Below, piece by piece: positions 50,762 through 61,859 of a stretch of DNA of 64,000 nt. The notes below the pieces were generated by a model. The model was not told the origin of the DNA, searched no databases, and worked only from the letters and a program-made list of their open reading frames with translations. How positions within the stretch are numbered: the stretch's first letter is position 1; the number at the start of each line of letters is the position of its first letter. The translations under genes were made by a program, and so were the position numbers. Origin of the DNA: an uncultured delta proteobacterium (GTDB lineage: Bacteria; Desulfobacterota; Desulfobacteria; Desulfobacterales; Desulfatirhabdiaceae); contig CAWBKP010000013.1 in assembly GCA_963789395.1 (NCBI GenBank), positions 64,001 through 128,000 of the forward strand, in the 5' to 3' direction.

Positions 50762-50809
50762 TCCTTCTGTCCTCAGTCAGATGCCTGTGTCTGTCGGATA
50801 GTTGATGTG

Positions 50810-51060
50810 GCGCCGGAGCGCGGCGATGAATGGCGCAAGCCGCTTGCTTGGGAAGCCAGCAAGGGTCTCTTTGAGCTGCTTTTCCCGAACCGGCCTGCGG
50901 AAGGATTTCCCATCGGTTATGTGACAGACGGCGTTCACATGCCGAGCTGGGACTCTGCTGCCGCAGATGATTAATGACCTGAGCCCGTGGAAAAATCGCT
51001 GGCCGGGAACGACGGAGACTCCGGGGGATGATACCGGCGGCGTTTCGGACGCAATCCTTA
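50810..51060 (+). pseudogene. glgP: Internal fragment of alpha-glucan (glycogen) phosphorylase
   Basis: AMNGASRLLG and FPIGYVTDGVHMPSWDSAAADD** resemble the phosphorylase NGVSRLHG and HVTNGVH..SW motifs; in-frame stops. Confidence 0.7.
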
Positions 51061-51112
51061 TGAGATATATCTTTACTCAACTCGTATAACAATGATGATC
51101 GTGGATGGACAA

Positions 51113-52024
51113 ATGAAGAGTAGACTCTGTTTCACGTTTGTCGGATTGTCATTCCTGTGCGCCGCTGTCTTTTCCGGAGGCTGTTGCAAATTGATCCTGC
51201 TCGATCCAAAAGGACCGGTCGGCGATTCTGAACGATTCGTCATCATTGTGTCATTTGCCCTTATGCTGATCGTCGTAATTCCGGTTGTTGTCATGGCATT
51301 GTGGTTTCCCTGGAAATACCGGGCCACCAATACCAAGGCGGTTTATTCACCGAAATGGAGCCGTTCCGTTAAGATCGAATGGGTCATCTGGCTGATCCCC
51401 GCCGCCATTGTTACAAGCCTCTCGATTCTGGTCTGGAACACCACCTACCACTTGGACCCCTATAAACCTATTGATTCAGCCGTCAAGCCCGTCACCATCG
51501 AAGCAGTATCCCTGGATTGGAAATGGCTGTTTATCTACCCGGATCAGAATATCGCCGTCGTCAACGAGCTCGTTTTTCCCGCCAACGTTCCGCTGAACTT
51601 CAAGATCACATCGGGCACGGTAATGACGTCCTTTTTCATCCCGCAGCTGGGCAGCCAGATTTATGCCATGGCGGGCATGCAGACCCGGTTGCATCTCATG
51701 GCCGATGAGCCTGGTGAATACACCGGCCAAAATCAGCAATTCAGCGGCCGGGGCTTCGCCGATATGAACTTCAAGGCCACCGCCACGTCTCGGGAACAAT
51801 TCGAAGCATGGATCCAACAAGTCAAGCAATCACAGGACAAACTCGATCTGATTAGATTTAAGGAACTCGAAAAGCCGAGCGTCCGCGATCCGGTGATGTA
51901 CTACGCTTCGGTAATGCCCGACCTGTTCGACCATATTCTGCATAAATACAATAAATCCATGGGTATGAAGTCCGGCGTCAGGAACATGCATTCCAGCTCG
52001 ACACAACTGAAAATCGGTGCTTAA
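51113..52024 (+). CDS. cyoA: Cytochrome bo3 ubiquinol oxidase subunit II
   Basis: [51 protein letters not shown]; no CuA ligands; ORF intact. Confidence 0.92.
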   Translation: MKSRLCFTFVGLSFLCAAVFSGGCCKLILLDPKGPVGDSERFVIIVSFALMLIVVIPVVVMALWFPWKYRATNTKAVYSPKWSRSVKIEWVIWLIPAAIVTSLSILVWNTTYHLDPYKPIDSAVKPVTIEAVSLDWKWLFIYPDQNIAVVNELVFPANVPLNFKITSGTVMTSFFIPQLGSQIYAMAGMQTRLHLMADEPGEYTGQNQQFSGRGFADMNFKATATSREQFEAWIQQVKQSQDKLDLIRFKELEKPSVRDPVMYYASVMPDLFDHILHKYNKSMGMKSGVRNMHSSSTQLKIGA

Positions 52025-52037
52025 AAGGAAAGTTGAC

Positions 52038-52735
52038 ATGTTCGGAAAAGTTAGCCTTTCAGCAGTGCCTTACCACAACCCGATCATCATGGGTGCCGTG
52101 AGTGGTTCGATTCTGATGGCATTGACGATTCTTGCTCTGATCACGTACTACCAGAAGTGGACATATCTTTGGAAAGAATGGCTGACCAGCCTCGACCATA
52201 AAAAAATCGGCGTCATGTATATTGTTCTTGCGCTGGTCATGCTGCTGCGCGGATTCTCCGATGCCGTCATGATGCGATCTCAGCAGGCCCTTGCCGCGGG
52301 CATGTCTTACGGTTATCTGCCGCCGGAGCACTTCAACCAGATATTCACCGCGCACGGAACGATCATGATCATCTTTGCAGCCATGCCGTTTGTGGTCGGG
52401 TTGATGAACATCGTCATCCCCCTGCAGATCGGTGCGCGGGATGTGCGTTTCCCTTTCTGAATTCGGCCAGCCTGTGGTTGACCGCAGCCGCAGCCATGCT
52501 TGTCATGGTATCGCTGGGGGTGGGCGAGTTTTCCAAAGCCGGCTGGTCCGGATATGCGCCCCTGACGGAACTGCAATACAGCCCCGGCACAGGCGTGGAT
52601 TATTGGTTATGGGCAATGCAGGTCGCAGGCATTGGATCGCTGATAACCAGCATCAACTTTCTCGTTACGATCTTGAGAATGCGTGCGCCCGGGATGACGC
52701 TGATGCGGATGCCGATTTTCGTCTGGACGGCATGA
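52038..52735 (+). pseudogene. cyoB: Cytochrome bo3 subunit I, only the N-terminal ~third
   Basis: [49 protein letters not shown]; ends at MPIFVWTA. Confidence 0.9.
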
Positions 52736-52749
52736 TCACCGGGGCATTG

Positions 52750-52835
52750 GTCTTCGTGCTCTGGGCTTTGCCTTGATATGGTAAATCTGGTGGCTGGCCG
52801 TGCTCACCGTTGTTTACCTGATGGGGGTGCTTTAA
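52750..52835 (+). pseudogene. cyoC: Cytochrome bo3 subunit III, C-terminal remnant
   Basis: ...VLTVVYLMGVL* immediately before the cyoD start. Confidence 0.6.
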
Positions 52836-53164
52836 ATGGGTGAAAGGCATATCGATAGCAGCGGCGCGAGTCGGGGAAGTTTCAGGTCCTATGGCGTCGG
52901 CTTCATTCTTTCGGTTGTTTTAACCGCCATCGCATTCGGATTGGTGACCACCGGCACATTGTCCCGCACGGTCCTGCTGTGTGGCATCTTTAGCACCGCC
53001 GTTGCACAGATCCTGGTGCACCTGCACTGTTTCCTGCACCTGGATACCTGCTCAAAGGTGCGCTGGAACGTGATAGCCATCGTGGTCACCGTGTTGATAT
53101 TTTAATCCTTTATGTCGGGGGGACGCTCTGGATCATGTCCAATCTGGATTATCGCATGATGTGA
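52836..53164 (+). CDS. cyoD: Cytochrome bo3 subunit IV (frameshift ~53100)
   Basis: SYGVGFILSVVLTAIAF, QILVHLHCFLHLD, GTLWIMSNL in the next frame. Confidence 0.85.
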
Positions 53165-53166
53165 CT

Positions 53167-53330
53167 ATGACTGAAATGATCAATAAATTTATCAGCGTTA
53201 CCAAGCCTGGTTTGGTCTTCGGCAACCTGATCACCGCGACAGGCGGCTATTTTCTTGCCGCCAGGGGTGTGTTGATTTTTCCTTGCTGCTGTCGACCATT
53301 ATCGGCATATCCCTGGTTGTCGCCTCCGGT
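53167..53330 (+). pseudogene. cyoE: Heme o synthase, N-terminal fragment
   Basis: VTKPGLVFGNLITATGGYFLAARG, then homology is lost. Confidence 0.8.
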
Positions 53331-53673
53331 TAAATTTTCCGAAGGGAATGGAAATGAAAAAAATTCTGATTTACAGCCCAATGGTGACATCAATTTGCAG
53401 ACAACACGTTTACGGAAATCAGTTGAATCGCTCTTTCGCGTAAACAGTATTTTCAGTCATGTATAAATATGCCATAAAGGAATACCCTGTCAAAAATGAC
53501 ATGTCGGTCTGGTTTGCGATGCAGTCACGATGCAAAGAAATATAAACGGAACTTGGACAAAGATAAGGGAGCTTTTAGCTGTAACACAGAACGCATATTT
53601 TGGGTTGAGGGCGAATGGATACTGGACACTTATATTTGAGGATTCGCCCGAACTGCTTCGGGAGGTTAAAGAA

Positions 53674-54177
53674 AGTATCCTCGATGCCGGCGCCTTCGGA
53701 GATACGAAGCATCGCAAGACAGCGCAGCTGGCCGATTCCATCGAGAAAGCGGACGGCTTTGCCCAGGTATTCCCCGAACACAAATTCGACATTATCGCTG
53801 TCCTACAGCAGCGCGGCCACATCGTCGGCATGACGGGTGACGGGGTAAACGACGCTCCTGCGCTGAAAAAGGCCGATTGCGGCATTGCCGAGACGCTGCG
53901 CGTTCTCTTGTTCATGACCGTCGCGATCCTAGTCTTTTAATTTCTACCCGATGACCGCCGTGATGAATCGAGATGCTGGCGCTGCTGAACGACGGGGCGA
54001 TCCTGTCCATTGCGTATGACAACGTCCATTACCAGGACAAGCCAGAAGCATGGAACATGCGCATGGTGCTGGGAGTTGCCATGACGCTGGGAGTCATAGG
54101 ACCCGTGGCCGCGTTTGGCCTGTTTTATATTGGTGAACGCTTCTATCACCTGGACAGATCGCACATTCAGACCCTGA
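53674..54177 (+). pseudogene. Plasma-membrane-type proton-efflux P-type ATPase fragments
   Basis: [32 protein letters not shown] fused to [26 protein letters not shown]; cut by IS21. Confidence 0.85.
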
Positions 54178-54279
54178 TGTCACTGGGAATGCAAAAATGT
54201 ACCAAAAATGGGAATCGAAAATGTACCACCCATAAGCTGAACGTCATGGTAAAATCCTTCGGACAAGGAGGGATCAGCC

Positions 54280-55557
54280 ATGAAAACATGGGAGGTTCAA
54301 ATGGACATATTTGCATTAAGGCGGCAAGGGTTTTCGTTTCGGGCAATTGCTCACAAACTGGGCATTCATCGTGAAACTGTAAAAAAGTATTTACAGGAAA
54401 ACCGTCCTCCTGCTGAACAGCACAGAAGAAATCATAAGGAATCGATTCTGGCGCCTTTTCAGCAAACGATTGAAGATTATCCTGCACCAGGACAATTACA
54501 GGTCTACTTGGTTATATAATCAGATACTGAAAATGGGCTACTCAGGCGGATATGATACGGTAAAGAACTTTGCACGCAGCATCAAAAGCAGGCTGCAGCG
54601 TCAGGCGTATATCCGTTTTGAAACCATCCCCGGATTTCAGGCCCAGGTGGATTGGGCCGATTTTCAGGTTATTCAGTCATCAGCTCTGGTTCTCACTTTT
54701 TATTTATTCATCATGGTTCTTGGTTTCAGTCGAGCGATATACGCCGAGCTTTTAACAAGCTGCACGATGCAGGCTTTCATGGATGCCCACATGCGGGCCT
54801 TCCAGTATCTTGGGGGCGTTCCGATGGAGATCCTTTATGATAACATGAAGCATGTGGTAATTGACCGCAGACAGGGAAAGGCGAATTTCAACATCGAATT
54901 TTCCCATTTTGCGCCACCACTATGCGTTCAAGCCCCTGGCAAGTCCGCCATATAGCCCTTGGGTTAAAGGAAAAGTAGAACGCCCTGTGGACTATATCCG
55001 CGAAAGTTTCTGGCGTGGATATCCCTTCCAAAGCCTGGAGGCTGCAAACAGCGATTTGCTGGATTGGCTGAATCAGACAGCCAACTGTCGCATCCACGGC
55101 ACTTATCACCAGGCCGTAAATACCAGATGGGAGAAGGAGCGGCCCAGTCTAAGACCCTGTCCTGATTTTGGGCTATGATACCTCCATCAAAGTATACCGC
55201 AAGGTTTACAAAGACTGCATGATCTCCTACAACGCCAGCCACTACCAATTGCCTGCCGATGTGGTTGGGCAAAAAGTGCTGCTTAAGGTTAAAGATGGCA
55301 GCATCCGGTTTTACGATGATCAGCGTCTGCTGGCTACATACGATGAAGCTCCCTGCAAAGGCAGCTGGGTTATGAATTCTTCTTTTACAGAGCAGTTACT
55401 GAAAAACCGAAAAGAGCGCAAAGCAAATCCATATATTAAAGTCAAAGCCCGGGCCACCCGTGGACTGGTGGACGGCAGTTTGTTTTCCCAGGTAGCCAGC
55501 CGGCCGCTTTCTTTCTATGACCAGTTTGCCCAGGGAGGTGCATCATGGAGCAACTGA
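54280..55557 (+). CDS. istA: IS21 transposase (three frameshifts)
   Basis: HTH RAIAHKLGIHRETVKKYL, RFETIPGFQAQVDW, YDNMK, KGKVER, HGT. Confidence 0.9.
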
Positions 55558-56300
55558 TCTGTGATCGACTCCGGGACAATTTAAACCGGCTTAAACTCAA
55601 CCAGGCCGCCAGCATGCTCGATAACATTCTGCAACAAGCCGAAGTGGATCAGAGCTCCTATATGGCCTTTCTGGATCATCTCCTTGAGGAAGAAGTCGCT
55701 GCCAAGGATAAGCGCCGGGTCCAGACAGCCATGAAGACTGCGGGGCTGCCGTCAGCCAAAACCATTGATTCCTATGATTTCAGTTTCCATCCCAACCTGA
55801 ATCAAAAGGACGTCATGTCCCTGTTTGACCTTGAATTTATCAGCAAGCATGACAATGTGATCTTTCTGGGCCCTCCCGGAGTGGGGAAAACCCACCTGGC
55901 CATCTCCCTTGCGATCAAGGCATGCGCGCATGGTTTCAAGGTGTATTTCACCACCATGGACAAGCTGATGCAAAAGCTAAAAGAGCCTCAATCCCGGCAT
56001 AAGGCTTATCAGACTTCGGCGCTGGTGGTCGTCGATGAAGTCGGTTATCTTCCGATCGACAGCCAGGAGGCGTATCTGTTTTTCCAGTTTATTACCTGGC
56101 GTTATGAACGCGGCTCAATTGTCATTACATCAAACAAAAGTTTCAGCGAATGGCAGGAACTCTTTGGCGATCCGGTAATCGCCTCCGCCATGCTGGATCG
56201 CCTGCTGCATCATTGCAGAGTGATCAATATCCAAGGCCATAGTTACCGGCTTCGTAACCATGGCATTTACATGAACGAAAGAAATATCAACCAGGCATAG
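55545..56300 (+). CDS. istB: IS21 helper ATPase
   Basis: GPPGVGKTHLA, VDEVGYLP, RYERGSIVITSN, LDRLLHH, GHSYR. Confidence 0.95.
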   Translation: MEQLICDRLRDNLNRLKLNQAASMLDNILQQAEVDQSSYMAFLDHLLEEEVAAKDKRRVQTAMKTAGLPSAKTIDSYDFSFHPNLNQKDVMSLFDLEFISKHDNVIFLGPPGVGKTHLAISLAIKACAHGFKVYFTTMDKLMQKLKEPQSRHKAYQTSALVVVDEVGYLPIDSQEAYLFFQFITWRYERGSIVITSNKSFSEWQELFGDPVIASAMLDRLLHHCRVINIQGHSYRLRNHGIYMNERNINQA

Positions 56301-56440
56301 TCAGGAGCCGGGCGGTTGTTTGTCGGGGGGATTTTTTATGGATCCCCCCGACAAACACCGCCTTCATCTGTCCGTCACAAACGGTCGGGTGGTACACTTT
56401 TCAATTCCCGAAAATGGTACAGTTTTAATTCCCATTGACA

Positions 56441-57036
56441 TCAACACCTTCTCCAAAAACTACTTCGTCTGTTCGTATATCCCAGGTATCTTTTGATTCT
56501 CTCGGGCCGGCAATATTTAATATCTGGATCTGGTTTTCGTCAAGCCAGTCGATAACGTCTGATGCCTGGTAAGCCTGGTCAAGTTGCACGATCATCAGTG
56601 GTTTGTTAAGCTCCAAGGTTATTCTGGCGGTCAATGCCGTACCACTGACCATGGGACCGATGTTGATTATCAAAGTACCGTCTGATTCGAGAACATTCCG
56701 TTTCGTTCGTTCTTTGTAATCTTTCGATCCGGTCTCTGTCATTGGATATTTATCTGGAACTTGTCCATCTTCGGCCAATCTGCCTTTCGGAACGTATCCG
56801 CCGATCAGTAATCCAACTTCTATGCCGGCATCAAGTCCTGCTCGGTCAACGCCAGTTTGTCCACCGGATATGATTTGAACAAGTGTCATAATTATCTCTA
56901 CACGATCGGGTGTGATTTTCAGTTTCCGCCGGCAGGCTATACACCGCTTGTATACCGTTGCAGAATCAGGGATATATTCGGATAACACGAACACGGCGGA
57001 GCAGCTTGGGCAGATAAAGTGGAATGGACTTTCCAT
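56441..57036 (-). CDS. 'Putative molybdenum carrier'/cpYpsA SLOG family protein with upstream in-frame Zn-ribbon-like segment; 3' end damaged
   Basis: IISGGQTGVDRAGLD, RTKRNVLESDGTL, SGTALT, LNIAGPRES; alternative start at 56889; CPSC...CIAC upstream. Confidence 0.8.
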
Positions 57037-57096
57037 AAAAAGACACTTTTGGTGAAAATGGGGGAGAAGAGCTCCCGACTATCCGATTTGCTCAGA

Positions 57097-57744
57097 TCAG
57101 ACGCGACCACGTATCAGTTGTACAATATCACCCAAGGTGATTTCGCCGCCTTCAATCACAGAACAGTTGAGTGAGAGCTTACCATCGAAGCGGCGGAAGA
57201 TGCTGCGAGTGACTTCTTTGTCTTTGACCAGCGTGTCGGGGTCATATGCGGTCATGATGCAGCGCAGGCGCAAGTCCCGAACACCGATGAGCACTTTACC
57301 GATGCGTAAAAAGCCGCCAGGCCATTCGCGTTCGGTCAAACCTTCGACGCCGCCGATCACGATATTGGGACGCAAGCGGCGATGGTCGTGACCGAAGGCA
57401 GCGATGGCACCGTCGGTGGCAACTAGCAATGGCAGCATGTCGAAGCGCTCAATACCATCGAAGCGCACCAGCTTTGCGCCAGGCCCCACAATGTCAACAA
57501 CCTCGGCGGCGACATCCTGACTGTTCCACAGCCGGCCATCCACCAGAGGTTCACCATTTGGCCCCAGCGTACCCTTATGGCCAAGGAAACACGGATGGGT
57601 GCGTGAGGTGATCACTTGCGCGTTGGCATCCTCAACGTGTACAACTCGGTCGCCATCGATGCCGTGCGGCCCGATGCTAACCCGTTGCAGCTTCTCGCCG
57701 GCCATGGTTTTGACTGGATATCTCCAGATTTCCGTGATCTTCAT
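57097..57744 (-). CDS. MOSC domain protein
   Basis: IWRYPVKTMAGE, GDR, RRLRPNIVI, RCIMT..DPDT; GAGGTG RBS. Confidence 0.88.
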   Translation of the reverse strand: MKITEIWRYPVKTMAGEKLQRVSIGPHGIDGDRVVHVEDANAQVITSRTHPCFLGHKGTLGPNGEPLVDGRLWNSQDVAAEVVDIVGPGAKLVRFDGIERFDMLPLLVATDGAIAAFGHDHRRLRPNIVIGGVEGLTEREWPGGFLRIGKVLIGVRDLRLRCIMTAYDPDTLVKDKEVTRSIFRRFDGKLSLNCSVIEGGEITLGDIVQLIRGRV

Positions 57745-57821
57745 TGCCACCTCAGTTTCTGATGGACTCCGATTCGTCTTCAAAAAGAGATTCTCTTTTT
57801 GGCTCGTCGCTGTTTTGGTGA

Positions 57822-57995
57822 CCTACCCGAAATATTGAAAAAAATATTTGAAATGTCAAGCTTACTTGCTCATTATGTGCCGAAGTGTCGAATTAAATAA
57901 AGTTTCGATTTTGTTTTGGTATCCTTAAGAAAAACGACCTGTGAATATTTGTGCTTTGGATAACAAAATCAAAAGTCGAAGCTTTTGGTTCATCC
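57822..57995. repeat. Copy A of a duplicated non-coding region
   Basis: 57936-57964 is 27/29 identical to 62164-62192; a second block cctac...tgtcaa is shared with 62014-62052. Confidence 0.7.
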
Positions 57996-58196
57996 AGCAG
58001 TTATGTGACTATTAGGATATATCCCCTGTTGCCAAGGGTTTCATGAGAAACCCTTTAACGCCAATTGTCTCAAAGTTAGCATTGTGATTTCGAAGAATTC
58101 TTTCCATTCTGAAGCCCGCAAAAAGTCGATTGTCTTGAATAACATCTGTATCCGGCGGGGATTGTTATTTTTTGTATCTCTTTCAATCAAAAAAGC

Positions 58197-59210
58197 TTAG
58201 AACTTCATTGCGAAATTCAGTCCGATGGATTGACCCTGAAACCGATTGTCGGCTGCATACTCGTAAAAGTAGTGGAAATTCATCGCCGCATGCCACGGCA
58301 CATAGGCCAAGCCGAGCTGGCCCCCCACGCCATGAACCTGCATGTGATCGCTGGGATTTGTGGCGTCGCTGCCGGTGTCATCGGTGATCTGCCAACTGCT
58401 GTAGCCTGCCGGGCCTATATCAAGAATAAGTTTATGATCATCCGTCAAAGGAAGATATTGGCTAAGGCCGTAATTGAATGTGAGGTTCTGGCCGGGAGTC
58501 AGGTCAAAATCCTGCTTGTTTTGATTAATTTCGTAGGTCAATGCGGTGGCCACCGCCATGCGTTTGTCTGGCCAGGGATACCACGTCAACCCGCCCTGGA
58601 ACTGGTGCGTCCAGTAACCATAGCCGATGTTATCCGGTGATGGATAGGTCACCTGACCGGCGTTCGGCAGTGTCTCTGTTACCGTGGTGTATTTTCCGAT
58701 TGGCGCGTAAAAGCTGTAGCCGAGCGCAACATCCCAGTTTGTCATCGTCCAGCCCAGCCAGAGCGGTTGTACTTGCATGTCTCCCACATTGAAAGTCGAG
58801 TTTTCTGGGTTGATGCCGCGGCCTCTCTCGGTGGACAGAGCCCCGCTCAAGCTGGTATTGGCAAAGGTGGGCGCGATAAAGGCTGCGTATTTTGCGCCAA
58901 AAATCTTCCACTCGGATACCCAGACAAAAGCCGGTGCCACGGCATAAAGGTCCACATTCACGTCCACGTTAACCGTAACGTTTTTTCTCGGTCCGATCTG
59001 TACAGATTCGACCTTGTTGCCGTTGTTGTCGTTCATCCTGTTTGTCGTGTAGTAAAAGTTGTAGAGCGTACCGTAAAAGCCCGGATCAGGCACGACATAG
59101 TCGCGGATGCCAAAGACGCCCGGCATGAAATGACCGTCGGCATGAGATTCATTGGTGACAATCGTCAGCCCGCAAGCTATCATAAGAATTGACAGTAATA
59201 AGCGTTTCAA
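58197..59210 (-). CDS. SphA/MetA-pathway-like outer-membrane transporter family protein
   Basis: Signal peptide, PDPGFY, GDMQVQPLWLGW, APIGKY, NIGYGYW, alternating beta-strand pattern, terminal Phe. Confidence 0.75.
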   Translation of the reverse strand: MKRLLLSILMIACGLTIVTNESHADGHFMPGVFGIRDYVVPDPGFYGTLYNFYYTTNRMNDNNGNKVESVQIGPRKNVTVNVDVNVDLYAVAPAFVWVSEWKIFGAKYAAFIAPTFANTSLSGALSTERGRGINPENSTFNVGDMQVQPLWLGWTMTNWDVALGYSFYAPIGKYTTVTETLPNAGQVTYPSPDNIGYGYWTHQFQGGLTWYPWPDKRMAVATALTYEINQNKQDFDLTPGQNLTFNYGLSQYLPLTDDHKLILDIGPAGYSSWQITDDTGSDATNPSDHMQVHGVGGQLGLAYVPWHAAMNFHYFYEYAADNRFQGQSIGLNFAMKF

Positions 59211-59254
59211 GGGTTTCTCCTTTCATGTTTGGGTGTTAATTTTGATGGTCTATT

Positions 59255-59304
59255 AAAAAAAGCTATCAGGAGGGAAAGAAATCCTGGTTCTGTTTCCCTC
59301 CTGA
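59255..59304 (-). terminator. Terminator-like hairpin between the sulfatase and transporter genes
   Basis: tcaggagggaaa ... tttccctcctga with a T7 run on the minus strand. Confidence 0.6.
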
Positions 59305-59318
59305 CGTATGTTGATTTT

Positions 59319-61776
59319 TTAGTCCGACAGCCCTTTCTTCAATTTGGCTTCCATTTGGGCCTTGTCCACATCGTCTTTGCCGGCGGCATTGACTTCGGTC
59401 AGTGCGATCGTCACCTTGTCGATCTTCCCGGTAAACTTGAACGGCACCTTGTAGGCTTCGGTGACAGGCGTTCCCTCATCCGCGCCCACATCCGCCCCTT
59501 CATCCCCCGAAAATGCACAGCACTGGGTTTGATCGATCCGACCCGCGGCGACCTTCTTGCCGTTGACAAAGAGCGTTCCCATGCCGCCCTTGCCGACGCC
59601 GCCGCCGTCATAGGCGAACTCGAAACGAAGGTTCACCTTCCCTGCAGGCAATGCCTGCTGGGATGCCACCGTATACCGTTGCAATCCAAGCCAGTTGTAG
59701 GTGTAGGATGGTTTGCCGTCCTTGACATAGAGGCTCCAGCCGCCGAATCGTCCGGCCTGGGCGAGGATCACGCCGCTGGCACCTTTTTTCGGGACTTCCA
59801 ACTCAGCGGTGATCGTATGCGACCGGTTCTTCACGTTGATGAAGACGTTCTCCGACATGCCGACCATCCCCTGGTAAACGGTCAGGGAGGTTCGGCCGGC
59901 CATCAGGTCGGGGCGCCCGACAAGGGCAGCGTTGAAACGTTCCAATGTCCGGTCATCGATGGGCAGCACGGAGTACTTGACCGCTTCCTTCATGAAAAGG
60001 TCCTGCATCTCTTTGAGCTTCTCCGGGTTTTTAGCAGCCAGATCATTGGCCAGGCTGAAATCCGTCCGCGTGTCGTACAATTCCCATTTGTCGTTTTCAA
60101 GCGTCGTGCGGGGCTTGAATTCCCAGGGCGCGCGATGGACCGTGCCGGCCAGCCAGCCGTCATTGTAAATGGCCCGGTTGCCGAAGATCTCGAAGTACTG
60201 GGTCGTATGCCGGCTCGGCGCCATGGCATCCGCAAAGGTGTAAACCATGCTCACCCCCTCAATGGGGGTCTGGGGTGTTCCGTCCACGATCTTCGGCTCC
60301 GGAAGGCCGGCCGCCTCCAGGATCGTGGGTGCAATGTCGATGACATGGTGCCACTGCGAGCGCAGCTCGCCCCTGGCCGTGATGCCCTTGGGCCAGTGGA
60401 TCACCATTCCGTTGCGGGTGCCGCCGTAGTTCGAAGCCACCTGCTTCGTCCATGTGAATGGCGTATCCCCGGCAACCGCCCAGCCGGCGGCATAATGGGG
60501 ATAGGTCGTCGGGCCGCCGAGTTCGTCATAATGCTTCAGGATATCCGAAACAGTTTCGTGAACGCCGTTAAAATAGGTATTCTCGTTGAAGAGTCCGGTC
60601 ATGCCGCCTTCGGCACTTGCCCCGTTATCGCCGACGATGTAGAAGATCAGCGTGTTATCGAGTTGGCCCGTATCCTGGATCGCCTGAATCAGCCTTCCGA
60701 TCTCCGTGTCGGCATACTCGCCGAAACCCGCATAAACCTCCATCTGGTGCGCGAAGAGCTTTTTTTCATCCGGGCTCAGCGTGTTCCAGTCCTTGATTGC
60801 TTCCGGCTTGGGTGCCAGTTTCGTACCTGGCGGCACCACGCCCAATTTAATCTGACGCGCCAGCGTTTCCTCGCGCAGCTTGTCCCAGCCCTGATCGAAC
60901 TTGCCCTTATATTTGGCGATCCACTCCTTGGGCACGTGGTGAGGCGCATGCGTAGCGCCGGGCGCAAAGTAGACGAAAAACGGCTTGTCCGGTGTCAGCG
61001 ATTTCTCTGCTTGCACCCATTTGATCGCCTGATTGGTCATGTCGGTCATGAAGTTGTAGTTCGGGTCATGCGACGGCTCGACCTGCGTCATCCCGTCATA
61101 GATCAGCGGCGCCCACTGGTTGGTCTCGCCGCCCATGAAACCGTAGAATTTATCAAAACCTGAACGGGTCGGCCAGCGGTCGGTCGGTCCGGAAGGACTG
61201 ACTTCCCAAGCCGCGGTTTCGTGGGACTTTTCCCGAAAGCGGCGGTGCTGTAACCGTTTAACCGCAGCATCTCCGCCAGCGGCGCGACGCTGTTCGGCCG
61301 CTGCCCGGTTTTCCGGGAAACGCCGTGGAGGTCTCCGCGATGGAACCGATGTTGTTCATGTGATGGTTGCGGCCGCTGAGCAGCGCGGTACGGGTCGGAG
61401 AGCAAAGCGCCGTGGTGTGAAACTCGTTGTAGCGCAGCCCGGCGTTGGCCAAGCGGTCCACCGTGGGCATATGGATAGGTCCACCGAAGGCGCTTGACTG
61501 GCCGAACCCCATGTCATCAATCAGCACGATAAGTACGTTGGGAGCATTGGCCGGTGCTTTGACCACGAACCGCGGCGGCGGTGTGGCGTTTCGGACATCG
61601 AACACGGTACTGTGTGGATACTGGGGTTCCGGGATCGGCAGCACCGTCCGGTCGGTCGGCAGTACCACCTGCGCGGGGGCTGCTTCCTGGGCGGTGACAG
61701 GCGCCGTGGTCAGCAGGGCCAGCATGAGCATCAAAGACAGGCTGAATGCGGTTTTCAGAAGTTTGAATCTTTCCAT
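59319..61776 (-). CDS. Secreted Cys-type arylsulfatase (frameshifts at ~61220-61320)
   Basis: Signal peptide, PNVLIVLIDDMGFG, CSPTRTALLSGRNHH, APGATHAPH, GDNGAS, HVIDIAPT. Confidence 0.93.
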
Positions 61777-61859
61777 GATTTCATCTCCATTCTTTTTTAT
61801 ATAAAATAGATTTTCATCCTTCGTTGTGCCGGCGCCGGGCATGGGGGATAGTGATGATA

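Larger units (their letters stand above)
54178..56440 (+). mobile_element. IS21 family insertion sequence (2263 bp)
   Basis: Ends TGTCACTGGGAAT...TGTACCACCC and GGGTGGTACA...ATTCCCATTGACA with internal tandem sub-repeats; istA-istB inside; no TSD seen. Confidence 0.93.

Noticed and set aside
54280..55557. Programmed frameshifting in istA
   Set aside because: Three separate shifts with no clear slippery site, matching the window-wide indel rate.
59229..61163. 644-aa + strand ORF
   Set aside because: Antisense shadow of the arylsulfatase with no recognisable motifs. The same applies to the many other antisense ORFs in the track.
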